Shown: piece after piece, positions 45,011 through 54,607 of the stretch | How the letters are laid out: every line of letters starts with the position of its first letter | Position numbering within the stretch: the first letter of the stretch is position 1 | From: a phage | Length of the DNA stretch: 64,000 bases | Assembly (NCBI GenBank): GCA_020241125.1 | Contig: GCA_020241125.1_4708.1 | Direction: 5' to 3' (one strand) | The notes under the pieces: model-generated | What the model was told of the DNA's origin: nothing | The model's database searches: none | Seen by the model: the letters and a program-made list of their open reading frames with translations, nothing else | Translations under genes and position numbers: made by a program

Positions 45011-45785
45011 CGTTCCGCGCGAAACGAATTACCTTGTAATTGCGGGTCTGTTTGATATCTTCTTCCCCATCACTGTCACCTTCAGACGGATCTTCCCACA
45101 TGAAGTCTTGTTCGTCCGCTTTCTGTAAGTAGCGGTATAACTGCACCATGCTGCGTGCGGTCGGAGAGATAGCGCGAAGCTCATCCAATTCTTCATCCGT
45201 GAGCAGAACATGCGGTGAACGCAGTGGTTCCATTGTTGTATTACACAACAGACGAATCAGCAGATCGACGCACGGAATAACCGAACCTGGTGAGGCGATT
45301 TCTGGGTGTAATGTATAACCCCAATATACGGTGTTAAAATACGTCAAAACAGCAGGTAGTGACGGATGTTCCATCGCACGGCCAATTTGCTGTCTTACGA
45401 TAGATGCACGATCGTTCAATACATCGAAAGTAATCTGCTGCGGTTCCATAACCGCAAGTGAAATACCGTATGCGTCAGCCACACCCAGGATTTCATGAAG
45501 GGCCGAACGTTCTTCTTCGGTGGATATTGTCCCGATTGCCTTACGCCCTGCAAGGTCAATCAGCATCGGTGAAACAGCTTCTTTAACCGCATTAAAAGAA
45601 GCCTGGTAAGCATGTTTGTGAATATACAGTGTCCACGCTAATGCGCGCTCAGCCGCATGAAGTAGATCGACATAAGACAGTTCTTGATGGCATGGGCCAT
45701 ACACACTCACAGCAAGCTTGGTGGCTTTCTCAGAGGCTTGCATAATAACATCTGGTGATTTAGGCATATCGCGTTCTTCTTGCAT
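44985..45785 (-). CDS. hypothetical protein
   Basis: 266 aa track ORF. Confidence 0.55.
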   Translation of the reverse strand: MQEERDMPKSPDVIMQASEKATKLAVSVYGPCHQELSYVDLLHAAERALAWTLYIHKHAYQASFNAVKEAVSPMLIDLAGRKAIGTISTEEERSALHEILGVADAYGISLAVMEPQQITFDVLNDRASIVRQQIGRAMEHPSLPAVLTYFNTVYWGYTLHPEIASPGSVIPCVDLLIRLLCNTTMEPLRSPHVLLTDEELDELRAISPTARSMVQLYRYLQKADEQDFMWEDPSEGDSDGEEDIKQTRNYKVIRFARNVAVLLEKS

Positions 45786-45870
45786 CTTTTAAATTCCTAC
45801 TTAACAATAAAGTTCATATACGGCGTATGTATCCGTAGAATAATGGGTTCTGGTAAGATCTTACATCAAA

Positions 45871-45885
45871 ATGACGGCATAAAAA
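45871..45885 (-). promoter_or_regulatory. TATGCCG element downstream of terminator
   Basis: Minus-strand ACTTTTTATGCCGTCA about 90 nt upstream of the 45785 ATG. Confidence 0.3.
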
Positions 45886-45887
45886 GT

Positions 45888-45915
45888 ACCTCCTTACCCA
45901 CATGGGTAAGGAGGT
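45888..45915 (-). terminator. intrinsic terminator
   Basis: 12 bp perfect stem ACCTCCTTACCC / GGGTAAGGAGGT with 4 nt loop; U-run follows on minus strand. Confidence 0.6.
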
Positions 45916-46039
45916 TCGTCCATCACGACGAAAGGACGTTATGTGACGCGGTGTCCATAACGGCCCTGGTAGCAGGCATCAAAGATAACAAAAAGGATGT
46001 AAGTTGAGCTAAACCACCTAAATACGGTAACGATTACTT

Positions 46040-46078
46040 CCGTACACAATATAACGCAACATCTTTTTTACCAATGAT
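46040..46078 (-). promoter_or_regulatory. early-promoter-like motif, degenerate copy E
   Basis: Plus-strand CACAATATAACGCAACATCTTTTTTACCAAT resembles copies A-D, but overlaps the 3' end of gene 46068-46877 and lies upstream of a terminator. Confidence 0.25.
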
Positions 46079-46877
46079 TAAAGCTGCCCGCTTTAACGAC
46101 ATCACAACGTAGGTGGTTACGTAACTGATCCAGGAAGACAACCGGACTGTCGCCAGACAACATAGCCAGCGCGTGTTGGCCACCGGAACGAACAACAAGC
46201 TCATCGACCATTGGTGCTGTAATCGGGAGATCATACGCATCCATGATTGCTTTGGCTTCCTGTTCTACGTCTTTCTGGAACCCTTCCATCGTCGGAGAGT
46301 CATATTTGGTTGCAAACTCGATCCCAGGCAAGTTAACGTAATCGTAAGTCATGACACGGGTCATAACACGACGGCGCTCACGTTGCCAGATCTGAGGATC
46401 GGTTAACGCGCGAACCGAAAAACACACGTTCACCAACGGCGTTTCAAAATCTTTACGTAATGGATCACCGTACGGCCCGCAAGGAATAACATCCCCCATC
46501 ACCATCACGACAGGACGACCACGACGATCGCGTCCCGCTTCTTCTAACCAAATCTTAGAAAAGCAATGGCTTACCTTCGTTTCTTCGATTCGTAACGCTC
46601 GCTGCAAAAAGCTGGTTGCATCCTGACCGATCTCTGGTTTAGGGTGACCGTATTCACCTTTCAACGAACGATTGCGTGCGTTTGTTTGCAGTAAGCTGTT
46701 TTCCAGAAACAGCGGTTTCGAACGCTCAAGTTCGTAATATTCTTCGGTATTGTTAAAACAGTTAAATCCGCCGATAACACAGGTGTAGGCACCGTCAGCA
46801 TTAGGACGGATAATACCTTTCTTATTCACACCAAGATAACTGGTGCAAACAAGATTACTAATTGGTGGTTGCATCAT
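46068..46877 (-). CDS. hypothetical protein
   Basis: 269 aa ORF; AAAGGGG upstream. Confidence 0.5.
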   Translation of the reverse strand: MMQPPISNLVCTSYLGVNKKGIIRPNADGAYTCVIGGFNCFNNTEEYYELERSKPLFLENSLLQTNARNRSLKGEYGHPKPEIGQDATSFLQRALRIEETKVSHCFSKIWLEEAGRDRRGRPVVMVMGDVIPCGPYGDPLRKDFETPLVNVCFSVRALTDPQIWQRERRRVMTRVMTYDYVNLPGIEFATKYDSPTMEGFQKDVEQEAKAIMDAYDLPITAPMVDELVVRSGGQHALAMLSGDSPVVFLDQLRNHLRCDVVKAGSFNHW

Positions 46878-46955
46878 AACCCCTTTATAAGCAACTGAAT
46901 GAAAAAAGCGTTACATTCCCGCTTTTACGTCAGAAGGTGACGCGTAAGCGTTATA

Positions 46956-47687
46956 TCACCATTCATACGATCCGGCGCACTGATGCCCCAACAGTACCAA
47001 CGCGTCGTCTTTGGCAGCTAGGTATTTCTCTAACGTTATCCGTGAAACAGACACATTAGAGAAATCCATCACACCTAAGCGATGATCGTAATGGTTAATT
47101 TGCATCCGGTAATAACCTTTCTTTACCACCAGAAACTCGCCTTGACGCAACCATAGCGGAACGTTATCAACCTCCGCATGGATATAAAACACCGGACATT
47201 CTGTCGTAACGGAGTTTTCCTTCCCATCGCTATCTGTAATCTTCCCTTTGGGAACAGCCGCGATAAAACATTCTCCGATACGCTCGGTTTGATACCCGTT
47301 TGGATAGCGCGGATCGTGAAATAACCAGTGCTCATCGCTAATATCAACATCGGATAATAACGTACGATGTGGACGTAAGGCGATATCAAACGGAACACGA
47401 TAAATAACGTACCCGCCTAACCAATGGGCTAAGTGACCGCCAGAAAAATACTGCTTGATTGCGGTACTGTAACCGTATATACAACCCATCAAACTGCTGG
47501 ACACACAGATCCTTGGAAACGACCCGTCTTCCATACGCAAGGTACGTTGAGGGATACGTGGCATCATCGTTTTCAGTTCGGTATCGGTGCTAATATGCAA
47601 TAAACCGAAAGGAAGCGTTTTGCTCGGCACCCACGCACAACGTTCCATAATCGCTCTTGGGACAATAGTCTCGATAGACGATAACAT
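46956..47687 (-). CDS. hypothetical protein
   Basis: 243 aa track ORF. Confidence 0.5.
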   Translation of the reverse strand: MLSSIETIVPRAIMERCAWVPSKTLPFGLLHISTDTELKTMMPRIPQRTLRMEDGSFPRICVSSSLMGCIYGYSTAIKQYFSGGHLAHWLGGYVIYRVPFDIALRPHRTLLSDVDISDEHWLFHDPRYPNGYQTERIGECFIAAVPKGKITDSDGKENSVTTECPVFYIHAEVDNVPLWLRQGEFLVVKKGYYRMQINHYDHRLGVMDFSNVSVSRITLEKYLAAKDDALVLLGHQCAGSYEW

Positions 47688-47688
47688 A

Positions 47689-48399
47689 TCACCCCCTCAG
47701 AATCGCTTCTGTTTCGCTGATCGTATCCGCAGGATAAACCAAACTACTATCGATTGCGTTATTCACGTAACCACCCATTAAGTTGGTGATGGTGTTTGTA
47801 CCACTATCGATAATGTTTCGTAATCCGATATCGATGGCTTTTAACGTGCTGCGTTCCTCATCCGAAAGCAAACGCCATGCTCGACGACGATCGTTGGGGT
47901 CACGTGTGGTGATAGAAGCCAGAACAGAATAGATGCTGCTATCCGCATTCAGTTTAACGCCTGCCAATTTCGCTGACGTGTAGAGCAGCTGATATTTTTC
48001 TTTCTCAGTGTACCACCATGGCACTTTACCGAGCGTATAGATCTCGTTATACATCAGCCATGGGAAAGAGTTTCGCATCACGACATCGGTTGACACCAAC
48101 ACCGTGTCACCGGGAAGAAACACAAACTCATAAAACGGCTGGCCATCCATGGTAATTTCACGGATGTCAGACGGGTCGATATGGAGCTGGGTCAATGCGT
48201 GGCTGACACCATACTGACCATCGGGAAGAATAATCGGGCAGCACGCACAAACCCGGTTCTCACTCCCGATGATAGATAAACCCAATCCCTCGTAACGGAC
48301 GGGTGTCAGAATCGAACACCCGCCACGAGTAACAACAGATTTATCTTCTTGTATGTCCCAGTCCGCAAGCACCGCAGCACCGTTGCGGACAAGCGCCAT
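47689..48399 (-). CDS. hypothetical protein
   Basis: 236 aa track ORF; abuts neighbours with 0-1 nt spacing. Confidence 0.5.
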   Translation of the reverse strand: MALVRNGAAVLADWDIQEDKSVVTRGGCSILTPVRYEGLGLSIIGSENRVCACCPIILPDGQYGVSHALTQLHIDPSDIREITMDGQPFYEFVFLPGDTVLVSTDVVMRNSFPWLMYNEIYTLGKVPWWYTEKEKYQLLYTSAKLAGVKLNADSSIYSVLASITTRDPNDRRRAWRLLSDEERSTLKAIDIGLRNIIDSGTNTITNLMGGYVNNAIDSSLVYPADTISETEAILRG

Positions 48400-49923
48400 T
48401 TACACCTCGCTAATCTGGATAACGTAAAGCTGCTGGGCCACGTAATCGGTGGTCAGATGCATCGTTGCGATGGTCGCTGCTTCGAACACCGTGAGTTCAG
48501 GACGTTCACGCATAATCAAATCGATCTCATCGATGAGACGGTTAACGCCTTGAGCGTCTTCGTGATGCATGGTTTTCACGTACAGCGTACGGAAATACTG
48601 CTGGAAGTTAGCTACGTCGGTATCGGTAAGGGTAGCAACTTCACCACGTACGATTTCCATAACCTTCTTACGGGTATCTTCATCGAGGTCCACTGTAATC
48701 AGGTCAGCAAATACGCCCTGCAATGCCAACGCGTATGCACGTAAGCGGTTTGCGGCCTGCTGACTGGCTTTCATGTTGATGTAGTTACGGTAATGCTGCA
48801 TGAAGCCTGCACCGTTAGCCAACAGCTCATCTTTACTGATGAGTTCACGTTCTAACAGGACAGCTGCGGTCAGTGCTTCCGGCGAACCACCTTCTTGCAG
48901 ATAACCCATGTAGACATCTGCGTTAACGAAAATCGTCATCGTTGACGCATCTTCAGCACGTTGAATCTGAGAAGCCGACGGTGCAGAAAGAATCAGCTCA
49001 CCACGCTCCATACGCAGGATACGATCACGACCGACGCGGGCCATCCCGTTGATCGCCGCAGCGCGAGCTTGTTGCATTTTAGCGCGGTAGTTTTCAAGCA
49101 TCATGTCGTTGCCGTCCTGGATATCTTCCAGCAGGTTAACGGCCCACATATAGCAGAGGAATGCAGGAGTTGCCGCAGCGCGGGAACCGTGGAATGCAAC
49201 GTTATCGCTATCCGGATATATAATCAGATAAGCGGTGTTGTTCGAAGAAGGAGCGGAACCACGGAAGAAATAGTTGTAGATGTCTTCCAGCGCCTGATCG
49301 CTCATCCCTTCCGTTGCTTGCTGTACAAAACGATCCAGGTTTTCATTACCGGTATACAGCAACGTACGCAGCTTATCACCGGTGATAAACGCAAGCTTTC
49401 CGGTTGGAGTGAAATCGTTATTAATCGAAATCAAGCCATTGAGGTCATAATCGCTAACTAAGGCCTGGTACTCTTCGGAGTTATAAAACTCAGGATAGTA
49501 ACTCAGACTTACTGTCGGGATCAGTTTCGGTGCCAGGATGATCGAATCGATGCGTTTTTCCAGTTCCGGGTACAGCGCACGGCATTTCGGCAGGATGGTA
49601 TTACGCGCCAACTCTTTGGCATACACCACTTTTTCCACCACGTCTTGAACTGCGGTCTGTAAAACTTCATCGTGGATATAAACCTCGCGTTCGCTGGCAG
49701 GTGCTACAACGCCATCTTCGGTTTCATCAAGTGTTTCAGCAACAACCATACGTTCAGCACTAAGCTGCACCAACGCATCCGCGTCTTCCGGCGGCTGGTT
49801 CCAGTGCATGGTTTCACAAACCGCGGCTAACGGCGTGCCCGGAATGGCTGCGACGATTTGGTTACGTTTGATAAACCCTTCGACAATAGGCTCAACAGCA
49901 TAAACGGTTTTATTGGTGATCAT
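48400..49923 (-). CDS. hypothetical protein, possibly virion-associated
   Basis: 507 aa track ORF. Confidence 0.55.
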   Translation of the reverse strand: MITNKTVYAVEPIVEGFIKRNQIVAAIPGTPLAAVCETMHWNQPPEDADALVQLSAERMVVAETLDETEDGVVAPASEREVYIHDEVLQTAVQDVVEKVVYAKELARNTILPKCRALYPELEKRIDSIILAPKLIPTVSLSYYPEFYNSEEYQALVSDYDLNGLISINNDFTPTGKLAFITGDKLRTLLYTGNENLDRFVQQATEGMSDQALEDIYNYFFRGSAPSSNNTAYLIIYPDSDNVAFHGSRAAATPAFLCYMWAVNLLEDIQDGNDMMLENYRAKMQQARAAAINGMARVGRDRILRMERGELILSAPSASQIQRAEDASTMTIFVNADVYMGYLQEGGSPEALTAAVLLERELISKDELLANGAGFMQHYRNYINMKASQQAANRLRAYALALQGVFADLITVDLDEDTRKKVMEIVRGEVATLTDTDVANFQQYFRTLYVKTMHHEDAQGVNRLIDEIDLIMRERPELTVFEAATIATMHLTTDYVAQQLYVIQISEV

Positions 49924-50156
49924 TACTGCGCTCCCTCCAACGCATTACTACCTACGGGTTCTTTGGTTTCCAGACGGCTGTTTAAGCGCGCAGCAACCGC
50001 ATCTTCCAATCCCAACGGCATAACCTTTTTGTTCACGTCAGGATCGGCGGCATCATTACCAACGGTTTGACGTACGACCTCAGCAACCAACGTTACCGCG
50101 TTCGTCAGCGCAACAAAGCTCGCTGCCCGAGCCGTGTTAAGTTGTTCTTGGTTCAT
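49923..50156 (-). CDS. hypothetical small protein
   Basis: 77 aa track ORF. Confidence 0.4.
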   Translation of the reverse strand: MNQEQLNTARAASFVALTNAVTLVAEVVRQTVGNDAADPDVNKKVMPLGLEDAVAARLNSRLETKEPVGSNALEGAQ

Positions 50157-50230
50157 TCACTTTTCCTTTTAATGTCAGAGCATCGCATTCTTGACGTACG
50201 TCAAGAAGGTACTGCGTTCAGCGAAATAAA

Positions 50231-50256
50231 CGAGCAGGGGCATGAAGCCCCCTGCT
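50231..50256. terminator. bidirectional intrinsic terminator
   Basis: 9 bp stem GAGCAGGGG / CCCCTGCTC with 8 nt loop; T-rich on both flanks; directly after the stop of the beta-like gene. Confidence 0.55.
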
Positions 50257-50257
50257 C

Positions 50258-53200
50258 TTATTTGGCGTCGTTAAAATAAATATCAACAGCTCGTTCCGTT
50301 GCGTAGAGGAGACCAAGATTCACAGTCCCAACCACTTCCGGTGAACCGATGATACGGTTAGCGATACTGGTGCCACTGAAGATAGCATCAAGGGTGTGCC
50401 CGTCTTCGGTTTTGTTCACACCATGACCCACGGAAGAGACAACGGATTTCGCTTGAGCTGCGAAGGTACCTTTATCGCCCATCCCCGCACCAAGGTCGTA
50501 ACGCATGAAAATACGGATTGCGATCTGGTTCTCGCCTAACGGATTACCGTCTATTCTCACGTTACTGTTATTGATACGCCCCGTAGTTGCTTCGTTGAGT
50601 TTCAGTTCCTTAACGCGTTTAGCTCGCGCTTTATCTGCATCACCGACGAGCGCCGCCATGGTTTCACTCATATCCTCAATCTGAGCGCGGTACAGCACAT
50701 CGATCTGTACAACTTCACCATGAACGTCAGCACGTGGGTTATACTGACTCATACGACGTAATGCTTCAACGGCTTCCTGACTCTCATCACTCAGATCGGT
50801 CGCAATCGGTTCTTCCAGTGTTGCAAGGATCGTTCGTGGTTCAACATGATCGCCGATTTTCACGAGACCACGAATGTTGAGATGGGCGTCAACGATGAGC
50901 GTACGGCTCTTAATCGATGGTGTTACGAGACGATCGGCAAGATTGTCGAAGATATACGAACTGTCCTCGTGAGTCTCTGGAATATCCAGAATACCGACAA
51001 GAGACAGAACACCTGCGCGCCAAACAACCTGACCTGGGTTCCACCAATCGCGTTTAAAATAAAGACGATGGAAGACCACCACATCCTGATCCTTAACGCG
51101 ATCCCCGACTTTATAATCGGTAATGAGATCGTGAGGATAATACTTACCTGGTCCTTTCCCGATTATCGTACCGAGCTGGAAAACCTCTTCCCCTAACTCT
51201 GGATCGTCGTATTGTATCGTCAGCGCAGTTTTGGTGACCTTCTTAACAACACCGTCACCTTGGGCGGCAGCTGCAAAGAGTTTACCAACACGATGCGCGA
51301 TGACAGTCTCACCGCCGGTGCGCCACGGTTGTACATCGTAACCCTCAGCGGCAATCATGCGGTTGTGTTGGATCCCGACGAAGACCAGACGTTTTCCATC
51401 ATCACGGTCTACAGCCGGAACAGCTAACGCTGACGTACTCATTACCGATGAGATGCCGTCTGTCTTTTCATCGAATGGTCGTGTTTCACCATACACCGAC
51501 ACGATATTAGCATTAGGTGCAAGGTAAGCAGAGATACCCACATCCCCACTATCTTTCGTACCCTCTGACACAATACCAACATCGGACTTGTCGTATTCAC
51601 GATCACGTGCGCGTCGAAGCGATGTCTTTGAACGACCCCCGATACCGGTCATCGTTGCTTCTTCACCCTGCTTGATATCCAGCATCGGGTTGGTTTCATC
51701 GATCACGATGGACGCGCTGTCGTCGAGAATTTGGTTCCAGACACTTACCGGACTGATTGAGATTTTCTGGCGGTTTCCTTGACTGCTGTTCTCATTCTGA
51801 CGAATAGCGCCAACCAGATCCTTATACACCAATTCAGCGAACTTATCGTACGTTTTAAAACGTTGGTAGTTCACATCGTTCGTGTTAGGTGCCCAATCAT
51901 CCAGAAGCAGTTCAACAGCACGCAGTAACAACATGGCGAAATCGGTAGGTTCTCCCATGTTCTGTAGCAACGTACGGCTTACCGGATCAACGAAAAGACG
52001 CTCCATGAGTTCAAGTTCGCGTAAATGGCGAACCTTAAGTCCGGCACCATCGACAACGTTAAAATAGATATCTCGATTGTCGAAAGCACCGCGAGCGTAA
52101 CCGATGTAGTTACGGTACTCGTTAAATCCGCCCAGCAACAACGTCGTCATGCGATCGTCTTTACTGAAGATCAAACTTTCGTCATCAAAGCTCACCGCGA
52201 ATTCATCGGGTGCTAGACCCATACGAGAACCGCGAGGTACCGTACGATAGTTCGCTTTAAGATGTTCTAATAACGGGGTAAGTCCACCCAGATAACTTAG
52301 AACAACACCAACCGGAATACGTACACCCATGAATTCAAGATCGGCGGCTTCGATCGGCATCTTAGCCGCATTGATACCGAAGAAATCAGGGAACGTCCCT
52401 ACAGGTGTTGGTGTTTGTCCTGACTGACAGATATAGAGCTGATTGCGTTTATCGATTGCTAAGAATTCACCCAGCGTGTTACGCGCAAACGTCAGGAGCC
52501 CTTCGGCTAACTGTTCGTTGAACCGATCTTCCCCGATGAACTCCGGTAGCGTTTTTATATCGAGACGTATATCCCAATCAGCAAATTGGATTTGGGTATA
52601 GTTGCGTGCAAGCACAGCGAAGTAATACGGGACTTTGACGGCCGGATCAAAGACGTTACCACGTTTTAACGTGGTTAAGGGTGAGGACTTATCGTAATAC
52701 ATCGCTGTAAGTTGGCGTGTTAACCAACGACCGGCGTTATTAACGACACGCTCTGAACGTTTAACAAACACCTTACCGTAGGCGGTACTCAACGCAACTT
52801 CGGATGATGATACCTTTCTAATAGGTTTATCAACACGTTGTTTACGCATCCGGTATTTGATGCCGTTAACGACATAAATGCCGTCCTTACGAACCTTCGG
52901 CAACATCACCGGGAACGTGGTTGGGACACCGCCTACAGGGGCCAGTTTAATCGTGATGACTTGATAATCCCCCATCACGTCAACAACATCTTCAACTTTA
53001 TATCCCGTGACAGGGTAACCTGCCTGTTGTACGGCAACAACAGCGGCTGCGATGTCCTTTTGCATCACGTGTTCAACGTAATGTTTATCCCACACCGCAA
53101 GCGTCGATTTACATAGGCTCTTATCGACGATAACATCCGCTTCCGGCATAACCTTTGCTGGCGCTAATTTCGCGGCTTTTGGTTTAACTTCAACATACTC

Positions 53201-54604
53201 AGCAAGTGTTAATCCAGAACCGTCGGGTGCTTCGATTTCATGGATGGCGTCAGCATTACGCATCGCTGCTTTATATTGGACGCCGCTTAACTGACCCGCA
53301 TCAGCCAGATCGCTCGCGCGTACCAACACCGCATCCGATAACGACTGAATATATTCACCGTGCGTTTTTGGTAACGTTGCCGCGTCAAAGACATCAACCT
53401 TTTCTTCTTCGGTATCGTCGGTAACGACTTCGAAGAGATCGTCGGTAATGTCCTGATCTTCATCGGGTTGGAAATCTGGTTGTACTTCTACCCCGGGTAC
53501 TTCACGGACATCTTCGAACGAGCGTTCTACAATGGCGTTCCACGCATCAGCGTCATCGTCTTCATCCGACCCACCAACCAACTCCGCTTCTAACTCATCG
53601 GGATCAAGAACAGTGGCCAGATCCTCACCGTTAGGAAGCACGACGTCGCGATCATCGTACTCTGCATCCGGGCTGTCCGCAAGAATATCTCGCTCTTGAC
53701 GAAGAACCTGTTCCTCTTCTTGTTTCTGTTCTTCTTCATTCGCGCTCTGCGACCATAGACGTGTTACCGCCATCATCCAACGACGCTGGAAGGTTTCGAG
53801 TGTCGTTTTATCGAGTTCTTCCCCTTCCTTTACAAGCCCGGTACGCCATTCTTCCAACAGGCCGAGATTCAGCGTAAAGAAGTACACACCGTCTGTAAAT
53901 ACAACGTTAAGCTTATCCAGCGTGGCTCTGTCTAACGAAGCCATTGTGCTGTTCTCACGATCGGTTCCCAACCAGCGGAAGAAGTCAAAGAACGACAGCT
54001 CCTCCGGCGTGGCGAAATTCATGAGGTTGTTACGGGTCGGTGCCTGTTGCGTGGTACGCATCAACGAAATCTTCGGCAATGTTGACGGTATACGGAACAA
54101 CAAAAAGTGTTGGCGATCGCTTTGCTGCGCGATTTCGTTGGCTTTCGACCAAATTGTTTTACGTACGTTGAACCATTCATCATACCAACGGGTGAGCGTT
54201 GGACGATAGATGTACATGTGGTTAAGATGTGCGTAGTTAGCAACGATCTGAGCGTTGATGTTTTTCTCCACCGTACTTAGATCGGTAACCAAACGAAAAC
54301 GACGATGTGACGCACGATAATCCAATTTCGCTCGTGGGAGCTGGAATCGCTGATCACGTCGAGGTGCACCCTGTTTGGTTGCGAGATCATCAGCAAACGA
54401 AATCCATAGTTGAGCACTTTCTTTACTCAACATGTATTCGTTTTCTGGAGGACCTATCAATGAAGGATCCGTTGCGGTGTAATGATAGACAGCATAACGT
54501 GGCAGCTGCAATAGCTGCACTAAACGTAATCTCGGTGACAATAGCTCTTGGTATCGTCTGACGCCAAACTGTCGGTAGTAATCAAGGTATTTAAGTTTTG
54601 CCAT
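50258..54604 (-). CDS. virion-type RNA polymerase beta-like subunit, N-terminal fragment
   Basis: 1448 aa; DVGIVSEGTKDSGDVGISAYLA resembles beta ICPIETPEGPNIGLI; near C-terminus GMGDKGTFAAQAKSVVS (GDK..RHGNKGV-like) and EDGHTLDAIFSGTSIANRIIG (DGTPVDIV..PSRMNIGQ-like); ends before the GEMEVWALE region. Confidence 0.55.
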   Translation of the reverse strand: MAKLKYLDYYRQFGVRRYQELLSPRLRLVQLLQLPRYAVYHYTATDPSLIGPPENEYMLSKESAQLWISFADDLATKQGAPRRDQRFQLPRAKLDYRASHRRFRLVTDLSTVEKNINAQIVANYAHLNHMYIYRPTLTRWYDEWFNVRKTIWSKANEIAQQSDRQHFLLFRIPSTLPKISLMRTTQQAPTRNNLMNFATPEELSFFDFFRWLGTDRENSTMASLDRATLDKLNVVFTDGVYFFTLNLGLLEEWRTGLVKEGEELDKTTLETFQRRWMMAVTRLWSQSANEEEQKQEEEQVLRQERDILADSPDAEYDDRDVVLPNGEDLATVLDPDELEAELVGGSDEDDDADAWNAIVERSFEDVREVPGVEVQPDFQPDEDQDITDDLFEVVTDDTEEEKVDVFDAATLPKTHGEYIQSLSDAVLVRASDLADAGQLSGVQYKAAMRNADAIHEIEAPDGSGLTLAEYVEVKPKAAKLAPAKVMPEADVIVDKSLCKSTLAVWDKHYVEHVMQKDIAAAVVAVQQAGYPVTGYKVEDVVDVMGDYQVITIKLAPVGGVPTTFPVMLPKVRKDGIYVVNGIKYRMRKQRVDKPIRKVSSSEVALSTAYGKVFVKRSERVVNNAGRWLTRQLTAMYYDKSSPLTTLKRGNVFDPAVKVPYYFAVLARNYTQIQFADWDIRLDIKTLPEFIGEDRFNEQLAEGLLTFARNTLGEFLAIDKRNQLYICQSGQTPTPVGTFPDFFGINAAKMPIEAADLEFMGVRIPVGVVLSYLGGLTPLLEHLKANYRTVPRGSRMGLAPDEFAVSFDDESLIFSKDDRMTTLLLGGFNEYRNYIGYARGAFDNRDIYFNVVDGAGLKVRHLRELELMERLFVDPVSRTLLQNMGEPTDFAMLLLRAVELLLDDWAPNTNDVNYQRFKTYDKFAELVYKDLVGAIRQNENSSQGNRQKISISPVSVWNQILDDSASIVIDETNPMLDIKQGEEATMTGIGGRSKTSLRRARDREYDKSDVGIVSEGTKDSGDVGISAYLAPNANIVSVYGETRPFDEKTDGISSVMSTSALAVPAVDRDDGKRLVFVGIQHNRMIAAEGYDVQPWRTGGETVIAHRVGKLFAAAAQGDGVVKKVTKTALTIQYDDPELGEEVFQLGTIIGKGPGKYYPHDLITDYKVGDRVKDQDVVVFHRLYFKRDWWNPGQVVWRAGVLSLVGILDIPETHEDSSYIFDNLADRLVTPSIKSRTLIVDAHLNIRGLVKIGDHVEPRTILATLEEPIATDLSDESQEAVEALRRMSQYNPRADVHGEVVQIDVLYRAQIEDMSETMAALVGDADKARAKRVKELKLNEATTGRINNSNVRIDGNPLGENQIAIRIFMRYDLGAGMGDKGTFAAQAKSVVSSVGHGVNKTEDGHTLDAIFSGTSIANRIIGSPEVVGTVNLGLLYATERAVDIYFNDAK

Positions 54605-54607
54605 GGG